Shown here one piece after another: positions 40,303-49,729 of a stretch of DNA of 64,000 bases (its first letter is position 1; every line of letters begins with the position of its first letter). Position numbers and translations under genes: made by a program. The notes under the pieces are model-generated. The model searched no databases and was not told where the DNA came from. It saw only the letters and a program-made list of their open reading frames with translations. This DNA is from an uncultured virus (IMG/VR IMGVR_UViG_3300012936_000007) (Duplodnaviria > Heunggongvirae > Uroviricota > Caudoviricetes), in the IMG/VR virus record IMGVR_UViG_3300012936_000007; one strand, 5' to 3'.

Positions 40303-41127
40303 ATGGCAACAGTTATTCAATTCAAAAGAAGTTCTACTCAGAACTCAGTGCCTACTACAAGTGATTTAGCACTTGGTGAGTTGGCAGTAAATACCTATCA
40401 CGGTAGGTTTTACACTGAAAAAAATGACGGTTCAGCTGCCATTGTAGAGGTTGGGTCTAACCCAAAAACTCTAACTATCAATGATGCAATAACATTTCCA
40501 ACAGCAGACGGTTCTAGCGGACAGTTACTTTCAACAAACGGTTCAGGTACTTTAAGTTTCACTGATGCAGCTTCATCAGGTGTAACAACATTTACTTACT
40601 CCGTAACAGGTAACCAAACAGTATTTACAGGTAATGATGATAATTCAGCTTCATTAGCATATACTGTAGGAATGGAACAAGTCTATTTGAATGGTGTTAA
40701 ATTAGTAGTAAGTGACGACTATGCCACAACTAACAATACTACAATTACACTACAAGCAAATGCTGTATCAGGAGACGTTTTACAGATTGTAGCGCAAACT
40801 TCAGTGTCAAACTTAGTTCAGGGGTATTACACTACTTCTGCATTAACAACGACAAACTCAGACCAAGTATTAAGTTCTAACGCAGTCGCTAATAAGTCAA
40901 TTAAATATGTCATATTAGCAAAACACGCTAGTGCTGGTACTCATTCTGCTGAAGTATTATTAATAAACGATGGTTCAAATGCGTATTTTACTCAATACGG
41001 TGATACCTTTACAAACTCTTCAATGTTCTCACTATCTTCAGATGTGAATAGTGGAAACATGAGATTGTTGGTAACACCTGCGAATACAAATACTACGTTT
41101 GAGACTTTTCAGATAAGGATGACATAA
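40303..41127 (+). CDS. fibre-associated structural protein
   Basis: IQFKRS...GELAVN module; VYLNGVKL domain; C-terminal domain shared with the next two genes. Confidence 0.7.
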   Translation: MATVIQFKRSSTQNSVPTTSDLALGELAVNTYHGRFYTEKNDGSAAIVEVGSNPKTLTINDAITFPTADGSSGQLLSTNGSGTLSFTDAASSGVTTFTYSVTGNQTVFTGNDDNSASLAYTVGMEQVYLNGVKLVVSDDYATTNNTTITLQANAVSGDVLQIVAQTSVSNLVQGYYTTSALTTTNSDQVLSSNAVANKSIKYVILAKHASAGTHSAEVLLINDGSNAYFTQYGDTFTNSSMFSLSSDVNSGNMRLLVTPANTNTTFETFQIRMT

Positions 41128-41140
41128 GGAGAATTAACAA

Positions 41141-41551
41141 ATGGCTAAAACAAACGCTTTTAAAGTTGCTGAGTTAATTCGAGGTATTACATTTGACACT
41201 GCAAACGATGTCATTGTAACTACTAAACATATTAACTCTAAATCGAAGAAAGTCGGTGATGCAACTAAAACATCAACATCACAATTTACTCTTGATTCAT
41301 TTGCGAAAGCAGATTTCAGAGCTGCAAGATATGTTCTTGCAATGAGTGAAGGTACTAACTTCCATTCTACGGAAATAATGTTAGTACACGATGGTTCGGT
41401 TGTTACACTTACTGCATACGGTACACTAAAGGATACTACACTTGCAACAGTAGATGCAGATATTAGTGGTGATAACGTTCGTTTATTGGTAACACCTGCG
41501 AGTGCAAACTCAACAGTTATCAAATTTGATAGAACATTGGTAGATGCGTAA
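41141..41551 (+). CDS. structural protein (shared C-terminal beta domain)
   Basis: AAGGAG RBS; FRAARY...HSTEI..VHDG...YG...SGDNVRL.VTPA. Confidence 0.7.
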   Translation: MAKTNAFKVAELIRGITFDTANDVIVTTKHINSKSKKVGDATKTSTSQFTLDSFAKADFRAARYVLAMSEGTNFHSTEIMLVHDGSVVTLTAYGTLKDTTLATVDADISGDNVRLLVTPASANSTVIKFDRTLVDA

Positions 41552-41572
41552 TCTTCAATAAATCATAAATCT

Positions 41573-41599
41573 AAAGGGTCTCTTAGGAGACCCTTTTTT
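41573..41599 (+). terminator. Rho-independent terminator
   Basis: AAAGGGTCTC-TTAG-GAGACCCTTT plus a T tract. Confidence 0.85.
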
Positions 41600-41618
41600 C
41601 TAGTACAACCCTCAAAAG

Positions 41619-41626
41619 TATAAATA
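41619..41626 (+). promoter_or_regulatory. T4 late promoter
   Basis: TATAAATA upstream of ATG 41632. Confidence 0.8.
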
Positions 41627-41631
41627 GTAGT

Positions 41632-42444
41632 ATGGCTACTCAATCCAAATTTTTTGCAGACTTAGGTGTTAAATCTTTAACCCACTCGGAAATCGATGGT
41701 AATTTGACCGTTGGTGGTAATTTAACAGTTCAAGGAACTCAAACAATTATTGATTCGACTACAAGTTCAGTTGTCGATTCAATGATGGAACTTGCAAGTG
41801 GAAATGATTCTGCAGACTTAATTGATATTGGTTTTTATGGAAACTATAACGATGGTTTATCAGACGGTGGTGCATCAGAATATACAGGACTTTTTAGAGA
41901 TGCATCAGATTCAACTTGGAAATTATTTGACGGATTGGAAGAGGAACCATCTACAACAGTAAATACCAGTGGAACTAATTACGCACTAGCAGATTTTCAG
42001 GCAGGTGATGTTACTGCAACTACATTAACAGCTGCAAATTTAACATATCCTTCCAGTGACGGTTCAAATGGTCAAGTTTTAAAAACAAATGGTAGTGGTA
42101 CACTATCTTTTGGTGATGCAGGTGGACTTTCATCAGGAACACTAACAACAACCTCAACATCACAAGCAACACTCGACTCTTGGGCAATCGCAAGTTATAG
42201 AAGTACAAAATATCAAATACAAGCAAGTGATTCCACTTCAGGAGAGTATCACGTTATTGAAATACACACTTTACATGATGGAACGACAGGATACCATGTT
42301 CAATACGGAGAATTCCATACAGGTTCTTCCCCACTTGCAACATATACTGTTGACATAAACAGTGGAAACCTTAGACTCAGGGTAACACCTGCAAGTACTA
42401 ACTCAACTGTTTTCAAATTTAAGAAAATAGAAATAGACGTATAA
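41632..42444 (+). CDS. fibre-associated structural protein
   Basis: GNLTVGGNLTVQG, DIGFYG.Y, YTGLFRDASD; shared C-terminal domain. Confidence 0.7.
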   Translation: MATQSKFFADLGVKSLTHSEIDGNLTVGGNLTVQGTQTIIDSTTSSVVDSMMELASGNDSADLIDIGFYGNYNDGLSDGGASEYTGLFRDASDSTWKLFDGLEEEPSTTVNTSGTNYALADFQAGDVTATTLTAANLTYPSSDGSNGQVLKTNGSGTLSFGDAGGLSSGTLTTTSTSQATLDSWAIASYRSTKYQIQASDSTSGEYHVIEIHTLHDGTTGYHVQYGEFHTGSSPLATYTVDINSGNLRLRVTPASTNSTVFKFKKIEIDV

Positions 42445-42544
42445 ACTTTTTTACATTTATTGTTTATAAGGGTCTTTCAGAAACCTCTAAACAACTAAAT
42501 AATCGTATAGTTTATAATAAACCCACATATAATAGGATAATTTC

Positions 42545-42778
42545 ATGGCAACAACAAATAAATTCGTTATAGAATACGGACTTAAAGTAGGAACTGCTGA
42601 TGTTATTGACTCTTCAGGTAAAATTGCAGCCGCAGCCCTGTCGTCAATCGATACAGATGATATAACAGAAGGTTCATCAAATCAGTATTTTACCACTGCA
42701 AAAGTGGATACCCATTTAGCAAATGCTTCAGCTGCAAAAACACTTGCAAACGTTGCTATTGACGGAGGCACAATCTAA
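42545..42778 (+). CDS. small structural protein ending IDGGTI
   Basis: N-terminus paralogous to the next gene; TDDITEGSSN.YFT motif. Confidence 0.65.
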   Translation: MATTNKFVIEYGLKVGTADVIDSSGKIAAAALSSIDTDDITEGSSNQYFTTAKVDTHLANASAAKTLANVAIDGGTI

Positions 42779-44838
42779 TGGCAGGAGAAAAGAATTTTAA
42801 TATCAAGAACGGTTTATCCGTTGGTGGTGTAGAGGTAATCAACTCTTCAGGTGACTTAGTTGCTGCTGGAGTAGGAACTGCAGTTAACGAAGCAATCGCA
42901 GATAAGATTGGTGGTATTATAAGTGCAACAGGTGGTGCAACTGCAACATATAATGACGGTGCAGACACTATCGTAATTGACGTACCAATTACTGATGAAG
43001 ATAACATGGCGTCAAACAGTGCGACTGCAATACCTTCACAACAATCAGTTAAAGCATACGTTGATTCACAAATTTTAACAAAAGACAATACAGACGAAAT
43101 TACAGAAGGTTCTAGTAATTTATATTTTACTAACGCAAGAGCAGACGCTAGAATTGCAAATGCAATTAAAGACGAAGATAACATGGCGTCAGATAGTGCA
43201 ACTCATGTTCCTTCACAACAATCAGTTAAAGCATATGTAGATGCAGTCACAACATCACTTAACTCACAAGATTTGGATATAAGTTCAGACAGTGGAACTA
43301 TAGACGTTGATTTAGATACTGAAACATTTACTATTGCTGGTGGTGCAGGTATTGATACATCTGCAACTGGTACTACATTAACAATCGCAGGAGAACTTGC
43401 AACAGAAACAAACGCTGGTATCGCAACATTTGACGGTACAGACTTTACAGTAACAAGTGGTGACGTAACAGTTAATGCAGAAAGAATCCAAGACATTGTC
43501 GGTGCAATGGTATCGTCAAATACTGAGTCAGGGATTACAGTTGCATATGAGGACGGAGATGGAACACTAGACTTTACAGTCGGTACACTTAACCAAGATA
43601 CAACAGGAAACGCAGCTACAGCTACTGCATTAGAGACTGCAAGAACTATTGGTGGTGTGTCATTTGACGGTTCTGCAAGTATAAACCTGCCAGGTGTAAA
43701 CACTACAGGTAACCAAAATACTACAGGAAGTTCTGCATCATGTACAGGTAACGCAGCTACTGCTACAGCACTTGCAACTGCAAGAACAATTCACGGTGTA
43801 TCTTTTGACGGAAGTGCAAATATTGACCTTACAGAAGTAGTTCAAGATACAGTAGGTGCAATGTTCAGTTCAAACACTGAAACAAACGTAACAGCAACTT
43901 ATCAAGATGATGATGGAACTATAGACCTAGTAGTTGGAGATACAACAGGTAATGCCGCTACAGCAACTGCATTAGAAACAGGAAGAACTATCGGAATGAC
44001 TGGTGATGTTGTTTGGACATCTGCAGCTTTTGACGGTTCAGGTAATGTTACAGGTACTGCAACAATTCAAGCTAACTCAGTTGCATTAGGAACAGATACA
44101 ACTGGTAACTATATGTCAGACGTATCTGCAGGAACTGGTGTTACAGTTTCACATACTGCAGGAGAAGGTTCGACTGCAACAATATCTATTGGACAGGCAG
44201 TTTCAACTTCTTCAGACGTTACTTTCGGAGATATAGCTGCAACAGATTTAACACTTAGTGGAAACTTAACAGTTAATGGTACTACAACAACTGCATCTTC
44301 AACTAACACTGTAATCGCAGATACATTGATTGAGTTAGGAAACGGTACATCAGGAACACCTGCAAACGATTCAGGTTTTGTAATCGAAAGGGGTTCATCT
44401 GATAATGCATTTATTGGTTTTGACGAAAGTGCAGACAAGTTTACAATGGGTACAGGGTCATTTACAGGTGCAAGTACAGGTAACCTAACAATTACAACTG
44501 GTACTCTTGTTGCAAACTTAGAAGGTAATGTCACTGGTGCTGTAACTGGTAATGCAAGTACAGCAACTACATTACAAAATGCAAGAACAATCAATGGTGT
44601 ATCTTTTGACGGAAGTGCAAACATAACAACCTTGACTGCAGGAACAGGTGTTTCTGTATCAGGAACTGCAGTTTCTATTGGACAAGCAGTTGCAACATCG
44701 TCAGATGTAGAGTTTAATGAGATAACTACAAACTACGCAAGTAATTCAGGTGGAGTCGCAAGAAATATATACCAATCAACCTCAGCTCCAAGCGGTGGTG
44801 ACGGTGCAGTTGGTGATTTGTGGATTTTATACTCTTAA
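42778..44838 (+). CDS. long tail fibre-like protein
   Basis: Two DEDNMAS.SAT..PSQQSVKAYVD repeats; several GNAATATAL.TARTI.GVSFDGSANI repeats; ends APSGGDGAVGDLW. Confidence 0.8.
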   Translation: MAGEKNFNIKNGLSVGGVEVINSSGDLVAAGVGTAVNEAIADKIGGIISATGGATATYNDGADTIVIDVPITDEDNMASNSATAIPSQQSVKAYVDSQILTKDNTDEITEGSSNLYFTNARADARIANAIKDEDNMASDSATHVPSQQSVKAYVDAVTTSLNSQDLDISSDSGTIDVDLDTETFTIAGGAGIDTSATGTTLTIAGELATETNAGIATFDGTDFTVTSGDVTVNAERIQDIVGAMVSSNTESGITVAYEDGDGTLDFTVGTLNQDTTGNAATATALETARTIGGVSFDGSASINLPGVNTTGNQNTTGSSASCTGNAATATALATARTIHGVSFDGSANIDLTEVVQDTVGAMFSSNTETNVTATYQDDDGTIDLVVGDTTGNAATATALETGRTIGMTGDVVWTSAAFDGSGNVTGTATIQANSVALGTDTTGNYMSDVSAGTGVTVSHTAGEGSTATISIGQAVSTSSDVTFGDIAATDLTLSGNLTVNGTTTTASSTNTVIADTLIELGNGTSGTPANDSGFVIERGSSDNAFIGFDESADKFTMGTGSFTGASTGNLTITTGTLVANLEGNVTGAVTGNASTATTLQNARTINGVSFDGSANITTLTAGTGVSVSGTAVSIGQAVATSSDVEFNEITTNYASNSGGVARNIYQSTSAPSGGDGAVGDLWILYS

Positions 44839-44870
44839 TAAATAAGAGTATATTATAGGATATAAGGTAA

Positions 44871-46187
44871 ATGGCATCAGGAAAACAACACGTCAAAACC
44901 CCTTCAGGGTGGAATGCAACCCAAGGTGCTTGGGTGAAAGTTGGAGACGCTACAGCTGACTCTTGGAAAGCAGTAGACCAAATTTACATTAAAACACCTT
45001 CAGGGTGGAATAATGCATCGGGACAATCAAATGTACAACAACCATATCCGTACATAGCAAACTCTCAAACACCTTATATTGCTAACGCACAACAACCTTA
45101 TCCGTACATTGCAAACTCGCAAACACCTTATATTGCGAATGCACAAAATCCTTATCCGTATCAGGCAAATAGTCAGACTCCTGTTATTGCTAACGCACAA
45201 CAACCGTATCCATATCAGGCGAATAGTCAGACTCCGTATATTGCGAATGCACAACAACCATACCCATATATTGCAAATAGTCAGACTCCATATCCTGCGA
45301 ATGCACAGCAACCTTATCCGTACATAGCAAACAGTCAGAGTCCATTTACATATCAGAACAGGTCACCATTTACATATAGAAACCCTGTTTCTGCACAACA
45401 ACCTTATATTGCAAACGGTCAAACCCCGTTTACATATAACGCAAGGTATCCTGCAAATGCAAGACAACCTAGTAACGGACAAAACCCATTTACATATAAC
45501 GCAAGGTATCCTGCGAATGCTAGGTATCCTGCAAACGGTCAGAACCCGTTTACATATAATGCAAGGTCACCTTTCACCTATAGGGTTCCGTTTACCTATA
45601 GAGTACCTTACATTGCAAACGCAAGGCAACCATTTACATATAATGCAAGGTCACCTTTCACATATCCATATAGTTCCCCATTCCCATTCGGCGGTGGCGG
45701 TGGTGGTTGTTTCATAGCTGGAACACAAATTTGGATGGGTGATAATAAACATATTAATATTGAGGACGTTAAAGTTGGTGATTCAGTAATGACATTTGAC
45801 TTTAATCATATGAAACTTATGCCTCAAAATGTAACTCAGGTTATGGTTCCAAGAGAAAATATTAAAGTTTGGAATATAGAATTTACAAACGGAAAAACAC
45901 TAGGTGTAACTGGTGGTCACCCGATACATACTAGTTCAGGGTGGAAATATGCGAATCAGGAAGAGTGCGATAACGAATTAGCGTCAGGTGCTGATTGGGG
46001 AATCGAATTAGTAGGAGAACTCCAAGTGGGAGATGAAGTCTTTGCACTAGGAGAAGAAGGTGTAACAGTTAAATCCATAACAGAAAATGGAACTGCGACA
46101 GTATATCATTTAACGTCCGTTGAACACACTAAAACATATTTTGCAGACGGTGTGTTAGTACATAACGGTTATTACGGGAAACATTAA
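44871..46187 (+). CDS. Q/P/Y repeat protein with C-terminal Hint domain (cassette 2, gene A)
   Basis: N-terminal VKTPSGW x2; (IANAQQPYPY)n; GGGGGG-CFIAGT at 45708, VTGGHP, VLVHN at 46161-46166. Confidence 0.8.
   Translation: MASGKQHVKTPSGWNATQGAWVKVGDATADSWKAVDQIYIKTPSGWNNASGQSNVQQPYPYIANSQTPYIANAQQPYPYIANSQTPYIANAQNPYPYQANSQTPVIANAQQPYPYQANSQTPYIANAQQPYPYIANSQTPYPANAQQPYPYIANSQSPFTYQNRSPFTYRNPVSAQQPYIANGQTPFTYNARYPANARQPSNGQNPFTYNARYPANARYPANGQNPFTYNARSPFTYRVPFTYRVPYIANARQPFTYNARSPFTYPYSSPFPFGGGGGGCFIAGTQIWMGDNKHINIEDVKVGDSVMTFDFNHMKLMPQNVTQVMVPRENIKVWNIEFTNGKTLGVTGGHPIHTSSGWKYANQEECDNELASGADWGIELVGELQVGDEVFALGEEGVTVKSITENGTATVYHLTSVEHTKTYFADGVLVHNGYYGKH
45030..45670 (+). repeat. coding tandem repeats
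   Basis: IAN(A/S)Q(Q/T)PY(PY) units, then PFTYNAR / YPANAR units. Confidence 0.85.
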
Positions 46188-46885
46188 TGCCACAGGGTAA
46201 CGCACAACAACCATATATTGCAAACGGTCAAAACCCGTTCACATATAATGCTAGGTATCCTGCGAATGCTAGGTATCCTGCATCTGCTCAACAACCGTAT
46301 ATTGCGAATGCTAGACAACCTTTCACATATAGGGTTCCATTTACCTATCGAGTACCTTATATTGCGAATGCAAGACAACCGTTTACATACAGACACCCAT
46401 TTACATATAGGGTTCCATACATTGCGAATGCGAGACAACCATTTACCTATCAAAACAGGTCTCCGTTTACATATAGAAACCCTGTAAATGGACAACAACC
46501 TTACATTGCAAACGCAAGACAGCCTGGAACATATCAAAGAACTGGTCAAACACCATTTACATATCAGGCAAGACAGCCTGGAACATATCAAAGAACTGGT
46601 CAAACACCGTTCACATATCAGAATAGACAGCCTGGAACTTATGAAAGACAAGGACAAACTCCTTTCACATATCAACATAGACAGCCAGGAACTTATGAAA
46701 GACAAGGTCAAACACCTACTACATATCAAAACAGGCAGCCTGGAACATATGCCCGACAAGGACAAACTCCATTTACATATCAAAACAGACAGCCTGGAAC
46801 ATATGCAAGACAAGGTAGGACACCAGTTATTAGGTGGGATAATACACTATCTCAACAATGGCCTGCGACACCTATTAGTTCGTAA
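46187..46885 (+). CDS. Q/P/Y/T/R repeat protein (cassette 2, gene B)
   Basis: PFTYRVP and 18-aa RQPGTYxRxGQTPFTYQx repeats; TAATG coupling. Confidence 0.75.
   Translation: MPQGNAQQPYIANGQNPFTYNARYPANARYPASAQQPYIANARQPFTYRVPFTYRVPYIANARQPFTYRHPFTYRVPYIANARQPFTYQNRSPFTYRNPVNGQQPYIANARQPGTYQRTGQTPFTYQARQPGTYQRTGQTPFTYQNRQPGTYERQGQTPFTYQHRQPGTYERQGQTPTTYQNRQPGTYARQGQTPFTYQNRQPGTYARQGRTPVIRWDNTLSQQWPATPISS
46515..46825 (+). repeat. 54-nt coding tandem repeat
   Basis: AGACAGCCTGGAACATAT...CCATTTACATATCA, about 6 copies. Confidence 0.85.
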
Positions 46886-46887
46886 GA

Positions 46888-46895
46888 ACTAAATA
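46888..46895 (+). promoter_or_regulatory. late promoter variant
   Basis: ACTAAATA upstream of the AAGGA RBS and ATG 46912. Confidence 0.5.
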
Positions 46896-46911
46896 TTGAA
46901 AAGGATATATT

Positions 46912-48411
46912 ATGAAAAAAATTACTACGCTAGAGCAAGCAAAGTCCACTATTACTAAAGAAACAACCGAGACATTTCATCTTGGGGCACTCAATATTGG
47001 TCAAGAAAGTCTAGACCAAGAAACCTTTGACATAATGAACTGGATGTTCGAAGATATACTTCCACCACTTAAAATTTTTAAATGGGGTGATATACTTCAA
47101 CAGAGAAAAGATAAAAAGTTCATGGGTTTTAATGGAATGCAAAATAAAGCAATACCATACCATGCATATCTACACAAAGGGTATTCGTCTCTTAAAATGC
47201 AAGGAACCCACGCAGGATTTGGTTTTAAGACACTAGACGGTACAGAAAAATCAATTACCAATTCTATGATTCCACACTACGATGAGATGGTGGGGTCGTG
47301 TTATTATCATGGTGCAAAAGGACACTGGTTAACACAAAGTATTATGGAAGAAGGACTTTGGGCACCAATCCAAGGATACACTAGAACTGCAGGTGGTAAG
47401 TGTCAATTAACAATTCACCCAGGCTCTGTTCGTTCCTGTATCTTCGAAGAAATGGAAAATGAAGATATGGAACTAATGATATGGGATAGGACTGGTGATT
47501 TAGATTTTCTACCAAGTGCAACATTCCAAAATGCACTAGATTACTGGAAAGGTAAATTAGATAAAAAAGAAAGACACCTTAATATATCATTTCTATTCAC
47601 GAGAGGTGCAATAGAATGGCAAACAGATTTAGCAGAATTAGGATTTAGAGAAAAGGTATTTGAATTTAACAAAAGAATTACCGAACTTTCTGCAGGTAAA
47701 CCACTTTCCATATACATTGGATATGATAGTACAATGAATGATTTAGAGAAAGTGTGTGAGAAATCAATTAGAGATACAATTAGACTTGCACATTCAACTG
47801 GGGAAGGAGAACAATACATGAAGTATGACCCAGTTATCAAATTGCTTGACATTTCTAAACTTCCCGATTATAATAGGGAGTACGCAAATCAAAGTACTGA
47901 ATTTACATACAGTAGATTCTTAATCCCATATCTAGAAAATTACGAAGGATTTAGTTTATTCATAGATAACGATTTCATATTTAAGAAGTCACTATTACCT
48001 ATGTTTAATTATCTCAATCCTAATGATGCAGTTGCGTGTATCAAATATCCACAATATCAACATGATGAATCTAAATTTAATGGAGAAGTTAATATAGACT
48101 ATCCATGTAAGTTGTGGTCTTCAATGATGTTCTTCAATAACAGTCATGAGGACTGTAAGAAGTTAACACCTGAAGTAGTAAACACTTGGACTGGAAAACA
48201 ATTACACCAGTTTGAGTGGACTAACGCAATATCCGAAATACCTCAAAAATACATATTTGTGGAAGGTTATGACAATCCTGATGAAAAATGGGATTACACT
48301 GGAATCCATTACACTAGGGGAGGCCCATGGATAAATGATATGGATTATTCGTCAATAAATAATCTTGAAGTGTACCACAAGTACAAAAACCTCTATGACA
48401 ACACAAAATAA
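46912..48411 (+). CDS. two-domain protein: N-terminal ParB/Srx-like region plus C-terminal GT-A glycosyltransferase
   Basis: C-terminal IYIGYD, STEFTYSRFLIPYL, DND (DxD), WSSMM, LHQFEW, HYTRGGPW; N-terminal SI.EEGLWAPI...IHPGSVR. Confidence 0.75.
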   Translation: MKKITTLEQAKSTITKETTETFHLGALNIGQESLDQETFDIMNWMFEDILPPLKIFKWGDILQQRKDKKFMGFNGMQNKAIPYHAYLHKGYSSLKMQGTHAGFGFKTLDGTEKSITNSMIPHYDEMVGSCYYHGAKGHWLTQSIMEEGLWAPIQGYTRTAGGKCQLTIHPGSVRSCIFEEMENEDMELMIWDRTGDLDFLPSATFQNALDYWKGKLDKKERHLNISFLFTRGAIEWQTDLAELGFREKVFEFNKRITELSAGKPLSIYIGYDSTMNDLEKVCEKSIRDTIRLAHSTGEGEQYMKYDPVIKLLDISKLPDYNREYANQSTEFTYSRFLIPYLENYEGFSLFIDNDFIFKKSLLPMFNYLNPNDAVACIKYPQYQHDESKFNGEVNIDYPCKLWSSMMFFNNSHEDCKKLTPEVVNTWTGKQLHQFEWTNAISEIPQKYIFVEGYDNPDEKWDYTGIHYTRGGPWINDMDYSSINNLEVYHKYKNLYDNTK

Positions 48412-48422
48412 TGTGGTATAAT
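48395..48422 (+). promoter_or_regulatory. sigma70-like promoter with extended -10
   Basis: ATGACA-16 nt-TATAAT, with TGTGG directly before the -10. Confidence 0.5.
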
Positions 48423-48445
48423 AGATAGATTATAGGAAAATTATT

Positions 48446-49015
48446 ATGAACGTAAGAAATGCTTTAATATTTACCGAAGACGGTAACCTTTTCGTTAGAA
48501 AACCTAACGGACTTGAATATGAGTTTCAAAATGTAGATAGACCTGAGTTGGGTTTTGAATATGATGTTCTAGTTTATGACGATATAGAAGTTAAAGTCGT
48601 AAAATGGAATTCCGAAGTTAATTTTGATATGCAAGAAAAATCAGACCTTTCTCCTGATGAGAAAGATATGATTGAACAATATATTGCAAATTCAGAACCA
48701 CCTCTAGGGGTAAATCTAAACAATCAATTAATGTCAAAACTGAACAATAGAGTAAATGATTTTTTGAAAGAATGTATTGATATACATGGATTTACAGATT
48801 TAACTGAAGTTACTTTTGCAGGAAGAGAAGGGTCAAATCACCCATGTCGTTCTAATGCAAGAAGAGTCATGGAATATGGTGATGCACTTTTTAACATATT
48901 AGACCAAATATGTGCTGAAATCAAACAAACTCGTGAAGATATATTGAAAGAATATGAGGAATATGAACAACATATTCCAATACCGACAAAACTTCCCGAC
49001 CATCAACAAAGGTAA
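48446..49015 (+). CDS. hypothetical protein, possible fibre assembly chaperone
   Basis: Helical C-terminus (GFTDL...HP.R..A..VM.Y.D..F) resembles tail-fibre chaperones; context. Confidence 0.45.
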   Translation: MNVRNALIFTEDGNLFVRKPNGLEYEFQNVDRPELGFEYDVLVYDDIEVKVVKWNSEVNFDMQEKSDLSPDEKDMIEQYIANSEPPLGVNLNNQLMSKLNNRVNDFLKECIDIHGFTDLTEVTFAGREGSNHPCRSNARRVMEYGDALFNILDQICAEIKQTREDILKEYEEYEQHIPIPTKLPDHQQR

Positions 49016-49018
49016 AGT

Positions 49019-49729
49019 ATGGAGATAGTTCACTTAGATGAACCATTCAAAATACAAGACTTACCACTAACAAAGGTTTATGTATTAGATAATTGGTTAG
49101 CCCAACCCTTACACCACCACTATGATTCGTGGATTTCTCGAAATAATATTTGGAGTAAAACAAATCAAGTTGAGAGTGGTTCGTCCACGGGTTTACCACA
49201 TCATAGTTTTTGGGGTGCAACCTTTTTTAGACATAATTATGAACTTGATAGGGATACTAAAGTTGAAGAAACTTGGTTTACAAGATACCTAGATAGAAGA
49301 CTACAAACTGAATTTGGTTTTAAATGGGTCAGGTTTCAGTATGCAGGTTTAAACTCGCAAACTGTAGGATTACAAGGAACAACCCATTCAGATTGCGATA
49401 AAGACGATGCTTGGAATCTTTCGTTTTTATACTATCCAAATAGATTTTGGAATCCTGCGTGGGGTGGAAGATTGAGATTCTATGATTCACCACAACAAGG
49501 ATTAGACGGAAGAGACGAACATATTAAAAATCACCAAATAGGTGAGGTTGATTTTAAACCAAATAGACTTATTATGTTTGACGGAAGAATACCACATGGT
49601 GCAGATGCACCCGAAGAGTCTGCAAGATATATGGACAGAAGGTCACTTGTAATTCGTGGAGACGAAGTAAGACTAGAAGAAGAAGGAGAGAATTATCATG
49701 CCAACGATAGATTTTCATACATACGATAA
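49019..49729 (+). CDS. 2OG-Fe(II) oxygenase (prolyl-hydroxylase-like)
   Basis: HSD facial motif, W...WGG.L.F, FKPNRLIMFDG.IPH, distal R. Confidence 0.85.
   Translation: MEIVHLDEPFKIQDLPLTKVYVLDNWLAQPLHHHYDSWISRNNIWSKTNQVESGSSTGLPHHSFWGATFFRHNYELDRDTKVEETWFTRYLDRRLQTEFGFKWVRFQYAGLNSQTVGLQGTTHSDCDKDDAWNLSFLYYPNRFWNPAWGGRLRFYDSPQQGLDGRDEHIKNHQIGEVDFKPNRLIMFDGRIPHGADAPEESARYMDRRSLVIRGDEVRLEEEGENYHANDRFSYIR

Noticed and set aside
36861..46166. Hint domains as classical mobile inteins
   Set aside because: No homing endonuclease, no +1 Cys/Ser/Thr and essentially no C-extein; not inserted in a conserved enzyme
35855..46825. Tandem repeats as a possible CRISPR array
   Set aside because: The units are degenerate at third codon positions, keep reading frame and have no unique spacers; no cas genes are present
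35673..46885. Similar repeat blocks as a DGR template/variable repeat pair
   Set aside because: No reverse transcriptase in the window; the differences are synonymous or unit-number changes, not adenine-specific
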